Below the pieces are notes generated by a model. It was not told the origin of the DNA, searched no databases, and saw only the letters and a program-made list of their open reading frames with translations. The position numbers and the translations under genes are program-made. Source: a virus (taxonomy: Duplodnaviria; Caudoviricetes). Taken from it: a DNA stretch of 54,286 nucleotides. The first letter of the stretch is position 1. Each line of letters opens with the position of its first letter. The stretch lies in the IMG/VR virus record IMGVR_UViG_3300045003_000043, positions 1 to 54,286 of that record; one strand, given 5' to 3'. This document shows, one piece after another, positions 17,741 to 26,029 of this stretch.

Positions 17741-18048
17741 CAGCAGAACACAAGAGGCCGCAGAGATACATTCCAGCACTTCTTATGAGAAGAACAGAAG
17801 ATGGGACAACCCACCTAGCCGTTGGATGTAAACCTATTGCGAAAATGGTCGACATTGAAGATGGGGATTATGTCCTCTATTCCGACTTTGAAAAGCTCGA
17901 AACTCGTATCGCTGAACTTGAGCAGCTAGTCGATAACGCCCAAGCCCGCGAGAAGCGATGGAACGATCGGTTGGATGAGGCGAACAAACAACTGGCGGCA
18001 ATGACCGAGGACCTCCTCAAGGCAAAGGATCATCCACCGTGCAACTGA
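17737..18048 (+). CDS. Ead/Ea22-like coiled-coil accessory protein
   Basis: DGDYVLYSDFEKLE...IAELE. Confidence 0.7.
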   Translation: MTAEHKRPQRYIPALLMRRTEDGTTHLAVGCKPIAKMVDIEDGDYVLYSDFEKLETRIAELEQLVDNAQAREKRWNDRLDEANKQLAAMTEDLLKAKDHPPCN

Positions 18049-18200
18049 GTCCACTTCCCTTTCGGCGGCGTGTAAGTCTCTCCGCAATGCGGACATTTCT
18101 TGTGTTCCCCGTCCAACCAGAGCATGTCTTTGGGTTCGATGTACCCACCGCAGACAGGGCAGTGCTCTCCGAAAGGAGGAATCGAAATTCTTCGCTTCAT
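18030..18200 (-). CDS. Zn-ribbon microprotein (56 aa), divergent from the IS630-derived gene
   Basis: Read by hand: MKRRISIPPFGEHCPVCGG...KCPHCGETY. Confidence 0.65.
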   Translation of the reverse strand: MKRRISIPPFGEHCPVCGGYIEPKDMLWLDGEHKKCPHCGETYTPPKGKWTQLHGG

Positions 18201-18242
18201 ATGCTTTGCTCATTGAGGCTGTATGGTTTACCTTGAGCGGGT

Positions 18243-18968
18243 ATGGGACGCAAGCCGACGTATTCTCCTTCCGAAATCGAATCCATGATCAAATCTAAAC
18301 TTGCAACCGCTCCGCCACGAGGCACACGTTGGTGTACGCGCACTCTTGCGGAAGAGCTGGGGGTTAGCAAGAGTACAATATCTCGTGTGTGGAGTAGCCC
18401 CACCGTAAAACCTCGCCTCCTCAAGAAGATTCAAACTCCAAAAGATCCTGTATTTTTAGGAACTCTTACCGATGTCATAGGTGTGTACCTGAACCCTCCT
18501 AGCAAGGTCTTGGCTTTATGCATCGGGCCTCCTCACAAGAAAGGAACCTATAGCCTAGAGGCACTGAAAAGACATAGCATTCCAGATCTTTTGGATGCCT
18601 TGCGGGGCGCCGAAGAAAAATTTATCCCAAAAACGTCTCCCGGAGAGAAGCAGGATGAATTCCTTAAGTTCCTCAGACAACTAAACCGGGAATACCCCGG
18701 AAAGGTATCCATTCACCTCATCGTCGACGACTCAGGGACTCACACCCAGACGCATGTCCAAACCTGGCTACGTCTCAACCCCCGCTTCGTGGTACATGTC
18801 ATCCCCGCAGGAACGGTATGGCTCTATTCGATCGAGAAATGGTTCTACGAAATGACCAGCCGGTCGATTCGAGGAGAGGCTTTCCACAGCGTCCCAGAGC
18901 TTGTTAGGGCTCTCCGAGAGTTTTTGGAGGGGAATAACCCCGATCCATTCGTTTGGACCGCTCTGTAG
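18243..18968 (+). CDS. IS630-transposase-derived protein, probably catalytically dead
   Basis: GRKPT, RWCTRTLAEELGVSKSTISRVW, GVYLNPP, HLIVDD.GTH, WL..IEKWF, PFVWT; first catalytic Asp (normally VDEK) absent; no terminal IRs seen. Confidence 0.8.
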   Translation: MGRKPTYSPSEIESMIKSKLATAPPRGTRWCTRTLAEELGVSKSTISRVWSSPTVKPRLLKKIQTPKDPVFLGTLTDVIGVYLNPPSKVLALCIGPPHKKGTYSLEALKRHSIPDLLDALRGAEEKFIPKTSPGEKQDEFLKFLRQLNREYPGKVSIHLIVDDSGTHTQTHVQTWLRLNPRFVVHVIPAGTVWLYSIEKWFYEMTSRSIRGEAFHSVPELVRALREFLEGNNPDPFVWTAL

Positions 18969-18986
18969 CCCTCCAATTGCGCTATG

Positions 18987-19223
18987 GTTTGTACCCCAGT
19001 TGCGCTCAAGATGTTCCCGAAATGACATGTGACATTTCGTAAGTTATTGAAAGATTTGGTTGCGGGGGGCGGATTTGAACCGCCGACCTTTGGGTTATGA
19101 GCCCATCGTAAAACAGTAATAAGTTCTTTGTTATCAACAACAAACTCCTAAAATATGCTCTAAATATGCCCAAAGTTTGTACCCGTCTTGAGCTATTTCT
19201 ACACTTGTAGCAAATCATTGAAA
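18987..19223. other. attP region: core flanked by arm-type repeats and IHF-like sites
   Basis: GTTTGTACCCnnnTTGMGCT at 18987 and 19175; WATCAAnnnnTTR-like sites on minus strand at 19040-19052 and 19211-19223. Confidence 0.75.
19057..19105 (-). other. attP core = 3' half of an initiator tRNA-Met(CAT) gene
   Basis: Minus strand GGGCTCATAACCCAAAGGTCGGCGGTTCAAATCCGCCCCCCGCAACCA; GGG/CCC anticodon stem, T arm, CCA; no 5' half. Confidence 0.9.
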
Positions 19224-19227
19224 CGAA

Positions 19228-19256
19228 AGGGGTATCCCCAAAAAGGAGGTACCCCT
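19228..19256 (-). terminator. Hairpin terminator after the AT-hook gene
   Basis: AGGGGTATC...GGTACCCCT. Confidence 0.55.
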
Positions 19257-19325
19257 GATGATCTGCCTTGGTCTTCGGTTAGGATCGTCCCCACGGTCCA
19301 GTTGTTCCCGAACTTGTGTCATAAA

Positions 19326-20135
19326 TCAAGACGATGTTTTTCTCGGGGGATTGCGGGGACGTCCGCGCTTTGGAAGGAACCCGTCAGGGATTCCTGTTCG
19401 GGTTGCGCTGACGGTCCCTGGTATAGCCCTGAGCTGCATTACCATTCCTATGAGCCTCTGTAGCCAGTCCCTCTGCTTCGCTGAGGTGTCTATGTTGGAC
19501 TGTCTCATCAGCCTGGAGATGGTTCTTACCCCTATGCTCAGGGAGTTCTCCGGGTTGAGTTTCATAGTCCTCTTTTTTCGGCTCCTTCGAAAGTCCTTCA
19601 GCTTCTGACGAACATCGTTTTCGATAAATCCCTCAATAACTTTTGGACTATTCGTCTTTGGTGCTGGTAGCTCTTTGGCTACGCTGAGCAAATCTCGTGT
19701 TCCTACACCAGAACTTCCCTTCAGCAGTTCCATGCCATCAGTGGCAAGAGCCTCTATTACGTTAGGAGGCCAGTATTGGATGAGCTCTCGATAGTCCGCC
19801 AGGCGTCTACGGGCTGTTCGCTCACTATTTTTGTAGACACTGCGAATGTAACTCGTCAGAGTCATCTGCTCGTTCTTGAGATCATTCTCTACATCGATGA
19901 GTTCCTTACACTCAGCGATCGAGGTTATGACGCCAATCTTTCGATAGCGTTGGATCTTGGATGCCCTTTGGATCATCCTCTCCTGTTTCTCCGGGCTGAT
20001 GGAGTACCAGCCAGGAGTTTTCGTGAGATCCGTAGCTATATCCTGGATCTCCAGATCAGAACTTCTTCCACTCTCTATAACCCTTACCAGATCGCGAGTG
20101 TTCTCAATCGGTGTTGTTCTGCCCTTTTTAAGCAT
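19326..20135 (-). CDS. Basic putative DNA-binding protein with C-terminal AT-hook
   Basis: Central SERTARRRL HTH-like segment; PKRGRPR. Confidence 0.7.
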   Translation of the reverse strand: MLKKGRTTPIENTRDLVRVIESGRSSDLEIQDIATDLTKTPGWYSISPEKQERMIQRASKIQRYRKIGVITSIAECKELIDVENDLKNEQMTLTSYIRSVYKNSERTARRRLADYRELIQYWPPNVIEALATDGMELLKGSSGVGTRDLLSVAKELPAPKTNSPKVIEGFIENDVRQKLKDFRRSRKKRTMKLNPENSLSIGVRTISRLMRQSNIDTSAKQRDWLQRLIGMVMQLRAIPGTVSATRTGIPDGFLPKRGRPRNPPRKTSS

Positions 20136-20192
20136 TGTTTTAAGGCTCCTGCGTTGACATACAGACCAAACTACAAAGTTAGAAAATTTTCG

Positions 20193-20285
20193 TTCTACAT
20201 TTGTAGCATTAAACAGGAGAAATGCACAGGGAAAATTTAGGGATCAATAAAATTACGATTGACTTTATTTTCTACATATGTAAAT
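20193..20285. promoter_or_regulatory. Divergent promoter region with palindrome family C (TTCTACA-NN-TGTA)
   Basis: TTCTACATTTGTAGCA 20193-20208; TTCTACATATGTAAAT 20270-20285 inside TTGACT-16-TAAATT; third copy 19197-19212. Confidence 0.7.
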
Positions 20286-20323
20286 TTTGTTGTATTTCAT
20301 AAAAGGAGTCTCGTCCCCAAGTT

Positions 20324-20518
20324 ATGCGTAAAGAGACTGTTCCTGTTCGAATCACTACCTCCCAATACCAAAAACTTAATGCCTTGGTAGAAGCGACTGG
20401 TCAAGGAATCGGCCACTGGTTACAACGAGCTGTAGATAACTTTATTGCCGATGAAGCACCGATATGGTTTCAGGCTGCAGATACAGCCAAGAAAAAACGA
20501 GGCCGAAAATCGATGTGA
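20324..20518 (+). CDS. Ribbon-helix-helix regulator
   Basis: TVPVRITTSQYQKLNALVEATG...WLQRAVDNFI; AGGAG RBS. Confidence 0.8.
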   Translation: MRKETVPVRITTSQYQKLNALVEATGQGIGHWLQRAVDNFIADEAPIWFQAADTAKKKRGRKSM

Positions 20519-20531
20519 CAACCTGTCATAT
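20513..20531. promoter_or_regulatory. Palindrome family A, copy 4, over the RHH stop codon
   Basis: ATGTGACAACCTGTCATAT. Confidence 0.8.
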
Positions 20532-20536
20532 TACAC

Positions 20537-20580
20537 AAAAGAAAGGGATGATTGGCCTGGTTAGCCTATCATCCCTTTTC
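20537..20580. terminator. Bidirectional intrinsic terminator
   Basis: AAAGGGATGAT...ATCATCCCTTT between convergent genes. Confidence 0.8.
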
Positions 20581-20660
20581 TCTGCTCTAAATTTATTTCC
20601 TGCGTCAATTACCTCCCTTCCAGTGGATTGTATTCCGGAAAAATCAGGAGGCTTTTTACC

Positions 20661-20921
20661 CTACTCAGTGGGCGTAGACAACGGAGTGGTATCTGCCTTG
20701 AGAGCGAGGATAGAATCCAGTGTGATCGGTGTATCTGAGGCTGCGTTATACCCGCTCAGAGCCACGCCAATCAGCTTTCCGAACTCCTGGGCGATCTTGA
20801 CGACCAGTTCAATAGGAACCTCAGCCTCGGGCGCCAGTTCCCCTAAGATAGCGCCCACGGTGCCCAGGATATCGGTAGCTTCTGTGATAGTGCTCGTTAC
20901 ATCTGCCTTCTTGAGTTGCAT
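20661..20921 (-). CDS. Lysis-module hypothetical protein
   Basis: GAGG RBS; last late gene. Confidence 0.7.
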   Translation of the reverse strand: MQLKKADVTSTITEATDILGTVGAILGELAPEAEVPIELVVKIAQEFGKLIGVALSGYNAASDTPITLDSILALKADTTPLSTPTE

Positions 20922-20956
20922 AATCTATTACCTCTTTCCGAGATTTGAGAAGCGAT

Positions 20957-21391
20957 TTAGGGAGTCGCAGGCGGAGTCAGCGTTACCTGTTGAGTGCTCA
21001 GCGTTGGGGGTGCCTTAGCAGCATTCGGATCTGCTGACTTGACGTCGACCAATACCTGGGTCAGAGAGGCCAGCGCAGCGTCAACCGCGGCTTTCGCGTT
21101 AGCGATTACGGTTTGATCCTTGCTCACTGCATTGAGTGCGTTGTGATATCCCGCCAGAGCATCAACCGCAACAGCCTGCCCACTGCGGGCCTTGTTGATG
21201 AGATTGTAGTTTACCTGCGACTGAGCAATCACCTTGGAGTTGTAATCGGCCGCAGCCTGGTCTATGACCCCTTTGGACGAGGAGAGTGCCTGGAAGCTGA
21301 CGCGCTCAAAGTTGCTGCACGAAAATCCCGGCAGTCCAATGCAGATAGCCAGCAATAGAACAGCCGCGTATGGCTTGCTGAAGAGTTTCAT
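20957..21391 (-). CDS. Putative lipoprotein, spanin-like
   Basis: Signal peptide ending GFSC; helical body; follows holin. Confidence 0.6.
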   Translation of the reverse strand: MKLFSKPYAAVLLLAICIGLPGFSCSNFERVSFQALSSSKGVIDQAAADYNSKVIAQSQVNYNLINKARSGQAVAVDALAGYHNALNAVSKDQTVIANAKAAVDAALASLTQVLVDVKSADPNAAKAPPTLSTQQVTLTPPATP

Positions 21392-21424
21392 GTGAGTTAC
21401 CTTTCCTTCAGGTGTAATGTTGCG

Positions 21425-21640
21425 CTAGCTGGAAGGTGTGTTCGGGTCCGGATTCTTCTTTGTCGTTGCAGAGGCGTGTCCGGCGAACGCACCGAGAGCT
21501 CCCGTAACAAGCGAGCTGGCGATCTGGAAAGCCGCCTGCCGGGTCGTAACGTCGCCTGGGTGGATGTATACAACTATAGTTGTAATGACACCCAGGACCG
21601 CTAGTATTACTGCCCAGAACGGCTGCGGTACGTTTTGCAT
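21425..21640 (-). CDS. Putative holin (2 TM)
   Basis: Two hydrophobic helices; next to endolysin. Confidence 0.6.
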   Translation of the reverse strand: MQNVPQPFWAVILAVLGVITTIVVYIHPGDVTTRQAAFQIASSLVTGALGAFAGHASATTKKNPDPNTPSS

Positions 21641-21647
21641 AATATCC

Positions 21648-22163
21648 TCAAATTACTCCGTTATTTTGCGAAAGACAATCGTAATAGTTGAGTAATTCCG
21701 ACATTTTTTTACCGCCCTGACCGTAGGCATTTCCGGGAAAAGATGCCCAGATGTTAGAGCATGCGAAGATCGCTCCCTCAATGTCTCCGCTAAGGATCTT
21801 GGAAATAGCCCCGCGCTCCTTGATGATCTGAATAGCCACTAGGTCCTGGGACAATGGGGAGAAGTCAGGGAGAGACATCTGCGCACGATAAGACCGCCAT
21901 GTCCTCAGGAGAATCTGGTACCGACCAGAAGCCGTCGACGTGAGCAAAGGAACCCTTCGAACCACAGTGGGGATACGTCCGTTGGCAAAAGGATGGTCGG
22001 AGTAGTCGGAGAATATGTCCGGACCGGATACTCCAGTGACAATCACGTCGTAGCCATGGTCTCTCGTCAACGAATGTGGGTCTGTTCCCTCGCTGTAAGC
22101 GATGGTATCGAGGAACCATACGATTACCTCACCTCCCGCCCGATCCGATGTAATCGCTGCCAT
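21648..22163 (-). CDS. Endolysin, lambda R-type lytic transglycosylase
   Basis: FLDTIAYSEGT, STASGRYQIL, DFSPLSQD, WASFPGNAYGQ. Confidence 0.95.
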   Translation of the reverse strand: MAAITSDRAGGEVIVWFLDTIAYSEGTDPHSLTRDHGYDVIVTGVSGPDIFSDYSDHPFANGRIPTVVRRVPLLTSTASGRYQILLRTWRSYRAQMSLPDFSPLSQDLVAIQIIKERGAISKILSGDIEGAIFACSNIWASFPGNAYGQGGKKMSELLNYYDCLSQNNGVI

Positions 22164-22165
22164 GG

Positions 22166-22408
22166 TTACCCGATGTGGAACCAGAAATGAAGTATCAGAA
22201 CGCCAAGAGTCGTGAGCATCGCTCCCAAGATGACGTTCTGTTTTCTGTCGGCCTTAGTGGCCTTGTCTTCGAGGTGCTTTTCAATAACTGTCACTCTATC
22301 CTCCACTCGGGCCATCCTGACCGTTATTCCAGGTAGACCGTTTCCACGGTAGAGGTCTTTGTCATGCTGCTCGACCTTGGCGGACAAAGCCTCAATTTCA
22401 TTCGACAT
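22166..22408 (-). CDS. Holin/antiholin-like membrane protein
   Basis: LYRGNGLPG, coiled coil, C-terminal TM. Confidence 0.6.
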   Translation of the reverse strand: MSNEIEALSAKVEQHDKDLYRGNGLPGITVRMARVEDRVTVIEKHLEDKATKADRKQNVILGAMLTTLGVLILHFWFHIG

Positions 22409-22445
22409 TCACAGCTCCTGGCAGTAGAGGACAACATGGTCTCAG

Positions 22446-22826
22446 TTATTTCTTGGCTTCAGGTTTGGGTTCAGGATCTTTTACGAGTCCTTCGTTTCCG
22501 TTCTCTAGTTGTTTCCAGTGCCATCCTGGATTATCAGATTCGATCTGCTTGATCAGTTCCTTTTTTTCCTGGGCTATTTGAGCTTCCACTTGAGCAAGCT
22601 GCAACTGTAGGTTTTGTGCATAGAGGTCAGCCTCCTGTGCGTTGGCCTTGGCCTCGCTGACCTTCAGGCGGTAGCTCTGTAGAGACAAGCCAATGTTCGA
22701 CAGTTTCAAACTCTGCACTTCAGTAAGCTCTCCAGCCTTGTGATATTCCGGTTTAGCGGGAGTTTTGTCTTGTGCGGTCGCGGCTAAGGAATAGGCAACG
22801 ACGAGGATTGCGAGTGTTGTTTTCAA
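22446..22826 (-). CDS. Exported coiled-coil protein (possible fibre chaperone or spanin)
   Basis: MKTTLAILVVAYSLAATAQ signal peptide; coiled coil. Confidence 0.6.
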   Translation of the reverse strand: MKTTLAILVVAYSLAATAQDKTPAKPEYHKAGELTEVQSLKLSNIGLSLQSYRLKVSEAKANAQEADLYAQNLQLQLAQVEAQIAQEKKELIKQIESDNPGWHWKQLENGNEGLVKDPEPKPEAKK

Positions 22827-22884
22827 GGTTTCTCCTTAGGCTTTATATCTACGTCGAGTAGGCGTACTGTGTATCGTGGTTCAT

Positions 22885-25386
22885 CTATAAATGAAGCACA
22901 AGACAACGAATAATTCCATTCGTTGTAGTTGCTCCTGAAGATGAAAGATTTACATAATTAATTCCAAAAGATGTAGTGGTGGGACTAATACCCCATCCTG
23001 TAGGAACAGTGACTACACTGTCGCCAATAACACTGCAGCCCACTACGATATAGTTTGTATCCGGTTCAGCAACAGGAAGGTTGAGCGTAACATTGCAACT
23101 ATTTCCTATGCCAGCCGCTACAACACACGTATTTCCCGTAGCAACCTGCAATCCCGCACCGTTGACGATATTCTGTTTCAGTTGAATAGAACTGAATATT
23201 GCAGATCCATTAGCATTCTGAATTTGCCAGGTACTTGGACCACCGTTATTGCCGCTCACACTGAGAGAGTTTACGGAAGCTGATTGAGAACCTACTACAC
23301 CTGCAAAGAAGCTACCGTTCTGAGTTTGAAAGCCACTGCTCGTTATCGTATCTAAACCACCAACAAACGTGGCGTTGCCAGTGGAATTTGTAAGCGCATA
23401 AGTTGTAGATGGGCTACCATTATTAGCAATGATTTGCGTTGGACTTACCGTGACTGATGGACCCCCATTGTTTGCTGAATAGCTTCCGCTCGTAGCAAAG
23501 TTTCCTGAGGAGTTGGTTATTGTCCAAGTAGGGGGATTGCTGTTGTTCAAGTACCCTCTCATTCCCAAATGGTCTACTGTCGTTTGTGGAACTCCAGTAC
23601 CTCCATATATCTGCTGAGATGTAAAATATCCTATTGTCTGAAAGTCTCCCGTTCCATTCAAGACACTCCATGTTGAGGCTCCTCCGTTTGCACCGCTAAC
23701 CGAAGTAGAATTCATAGCAGCGAGAGAGCCGGTGCCCCCGACTTGAGAAACATAGGAATCCGTCGTCAGAGTGTGCGAAGTTGAGTTGTAGCAGAAATGT
23801 CCAGTATCCGCTCCAAACACCCCCCCGTTGTTGAACTGCACGTCACATGCGCTTCCGGCAGGAGAGCTAGCGGGAGTAGCCGTGTAGGTACCAGCCTGAT
23901 TCAGGAACAACCCAGCATTGCCACCGGTGACTGGCAGGATATGACCCGAATCTGTGTTGACAGAGATACTAGGCGTAGTCGAGGGATTCGATACAGTCAC
24001 AACAAACCCATTGGCGTTCACACCGGATACGGTACTGACGCTTCCTGGAGGAGTTGTATATGTTCCCGCCTGATTGAGGAATAACGAAGCATTGCCACCA
24101 GTCACAGGCAGGATGTGAGCGCTGTCCACGTTGACGCTTCCCACAGGAGTAGTCGTAGGATTAGAAAAGTTGAGGACAAATCCATTGGCCGTGCTCCCGG
24201 TGACACTGGTGACACTTCCTGGAGGAGTTGTATATGTTCCCGCCTGATTGAGGAATAATGAAGCTGAACCGTTGTTAATCGGCAAAAAGTGTGTGGAGTC
24301 TACGTTCACGCTCACTACTGGGGTCGTGGTCGGGTTCGTCGTTGTGACTGCAAAACCGTTAGCAGTCGCTCCTGTAACGCTCGTCGTGCCGCTTCCGGTC
24401 AGCGTTAGATTTCCGCCAAGCGCTACATTTCCACCGCCAGAGACAGATCCGGAAGTGTTGATCGTGATGCTATTGTTAGCAAGTGCCGAGTTGGGAACGT
24501 TCGAGAGGGAGATGTCTGTCGAACTGTTTCCCCCATTGTTTACCCCTGCAAAACCAGAGAGGAAATTGAGCTTTGGTTGCGCTGGAGTGACCGATACTCC
24601 GTTGATCTGGATGGTTTGGTACTGCGGATTAGGGGCAGCTGGACAGTGTATACCGGTACTCAAGCAGATTATGTCCGAGGTTGTGATGGCGCCACCGCCG
24701 CCGAATGCTAGCTGTCCTGCGAATGATGCGGTTCCGTTAGGATTGAGCACAACCGTATTCGTCGTTCCATTATTCAAATTGAACGTACCTAGTCCGGTGA
24801 GGTTTCCACCCGAAAGTCTCCACTGTGACGACGGAGACACTATCCCCGTTCCGCTGTCGTAGGCCAAGCCTCCAGAACCTGAGAACCCGAAAGGCGATCC
24901 GCTTAATATCGTGGTGAAATCCCCTGGTATAAGTACCGCATTAGGGGCTGTTCGACCGTTGAATGATTGCAGACCGGTACCGCCTCCTCCACCCCCTCCA
25001 CCTGGGCTTACAGCAGTCAAAGGAACGGGTGCAGGAAATACGTTTGGCGGTGTTCCTCCGCTCATTACAATGTCGTAGACATTGCTCGAAAGGGAAGGAA
25101 AGAACAGCCATTTCCCGGTAGTTGATGCGGTGAATGGGTTGGTCAAGGGAGTTCCAAGGCCGTCTTTGTAGATCGTCGCAAGGATCTGAGTTCCCGAAAG
25201 ATAAACGGTTACCGTGCAACTGGGGATAATTCCCTGCTGATAGTTGGTCGACTTCATACTGCTGACGAGAGCCTGTGTAGCTCCCATCTGACACCATCCA
25301 TTGATGGCCGTGGTCTGCGCAGACGCATTCGTCCCGTAGGTTCCCAAAACGATTAAAAAAACCAGAGAAATGAGTCTCCTGCACAT
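22885..25386 (-). CDS. Tail fibre-like protein with signal peptide and internal repeats
   Basis: G/S/T/N-rich; TVTVYLSGT...LTNPFTA..G.W.F head-binding-like domain; SFNGRT; 3 x ~58-aa repeats. Confidence 0.8.
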   Translation of the reverse strand: MCRRLISLVFLIVLGTYGTNASAQTTAINGWCQMGATQALVSSMKSTNYQQGIIPSCTVTVYLSGTQILATIYKDGLGTPLTNPFTASTTGKWLFFPSLSSNVYDIVMSGGTPPNVFPAPVPLTAVSPGGGGGGGGTGLQSFNGRTAPNAVLIPGDFTTILSGSPFGFSGSGGLAYDSGTGIVSPSSQWRLSGGNLTGLGTFNLNNGTTNTVVLNPNGTASFAGQLAFGGGGAITTSDIICLSTGIHCPAAPNPQYQTIQINGVSVTPAQPKLNFLSGFAGVNNGGNSSTDISLSNVPNSALANNSITINTSGSVSGGGNVALGGNLTLTGSGTTSVTGATANGFAVTTTNPTTTPVVSVNVDSTHFLPINNGSASLFLNQAGTYTTPPGSVTSVTGSTANGFVLNFSNPTTTPVGSVNVDSAHILPVTGGNASLFLNQAGTYTTPPGSVSTVSGVNANGFVVTVSNPSTTPSISVNTDSGHILPVTGGNAGLFLNQAGTYTATPASSPAGSACDVQFNNGGVFGADTGHFCYNSTSHTLTTDSYVSQVGGTGSLAAMNSTSVSGANGGASTWSVLNGTGDFQTIGYFTSQQIYGGTGVPQTTVDHLGMRGYLNNSNPPTWTITNSSGNFATSGSYSANNGGPSVTVSPTQIIANNGSPSTTYALTNSTGNATFVGGLDTITSSGFQTQNGSFFAGVVGSQSASVNSLSVSGNNGGPSTWQIQNANGSAIFSSIQLKQNIVNGAGLQVATGNTCVVAAGIGNSCNVTLNLPVAEPDTNYIVVGCSVIGDSVVTVPTGWGISPTTTSFGINYVNLSSSGATTTNGIIRCLVLHL
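24041..24258. repeat. 44-bp exact direct repeat (24041-24084, 24215-24258) in the fibre gene, 174-bp period
   Basis: CTTCCTGGAGGAGTTGTATATGTTCCCGCCTGATTGAGGAATAA. Confidence 0.9.
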
Positions 25387-25471
25387 AAAACATCTATATC
25401 ATTTTGCGTAAAACAAGGACACAATTTTGCGTATTCCACGGTATACTTTGTGGCAAATAAAGGAGTATTTT

Positions 25472-26029
25472 ATGCCTCGTCGCAAAATCGTCACATCTTC
25501 CTCAGTTTCTCTAGCGGAACGACCCCAAATCGATACCCCAACAGAAGAAGCGTTACAAGCACTTTCCGAAAAAGTCCAAGCCGAAGCCTCTGCACTAGCA
25601 TCCGCCCCAGTTCTTCCTCCTCCCTTATCGCCCGCAGTTATCTCGCTACAGGAAGACATCGTTGCGTTTACCCGAGAGCGCGGAGATGTACGTCGCAAGC
25701 TCGTGGTAGCTCAGAACCGTCTCGCATCGGCGCAGGCAGATTTTCAGTCGGTGCAGGCTGAGTTGAATCTCCTCGATCAGGAGGTCCAATACCGCTTGCA
25801 GATCATCGCCCAGATGGAGAACCGGACACCGGCGTATCCCCCTACCGCTCCTAGCGGATCCTTGGAAGCAGTGGCACCACTCTCCCCTCCCGTAACCTCG
25901 CTAACGGGTATCGCGAGCGTCCCTTCACCTCGGGGAGCCGTAGCTCATTCCCGTTGGGGAGACGATGATATGGTCAATCGTGGCCATGCAGACCGCTCCT
26001 TGGCTACCGACGTTCGTTCCGTGCTCTAA
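25472..26029 (+). CDS. Counter-oriented coiled-coil hypothetical protein
   Basis: AAGGAG RBS, TATACT upstream. Confidence 0.75.
   Translation: MPRRKIVTSSSVSLAERPQIDTPTEEALQALSEKVQAEASALASAPVLPPPLSPAVISLQEDIVAFTRERGDVRRKLVVAQNRLASAQADFQSVQAELNLLDQEVQYRLQIIAQMENRTPAYPPTAPSGSLEAVAPLSPPVTSLTGIASVPSPRGAVAHSRWGDDDMVNRGHADRSLATDVRSVL

Noticed and set aside
13546-18048. True integron
   Set aside because: No attC-type inverted repeats; the integrase has an arm-binding domain and a tRNA attP, not IntI features
18243-18968. Active insertion sequence
   Set aside because: First catalytic Asp, N-terminal HTH and terminal IRs are missing
19057-19105. Functional tRNA gene
   Set aside because: Only the anticodon-to-CCA half is present; fits an attP core
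24041-24258. DGR template/variable repeat pair
   Set aside because: Exact in-frame repeat without adenine-specific differences; no reverse transcriptase gene
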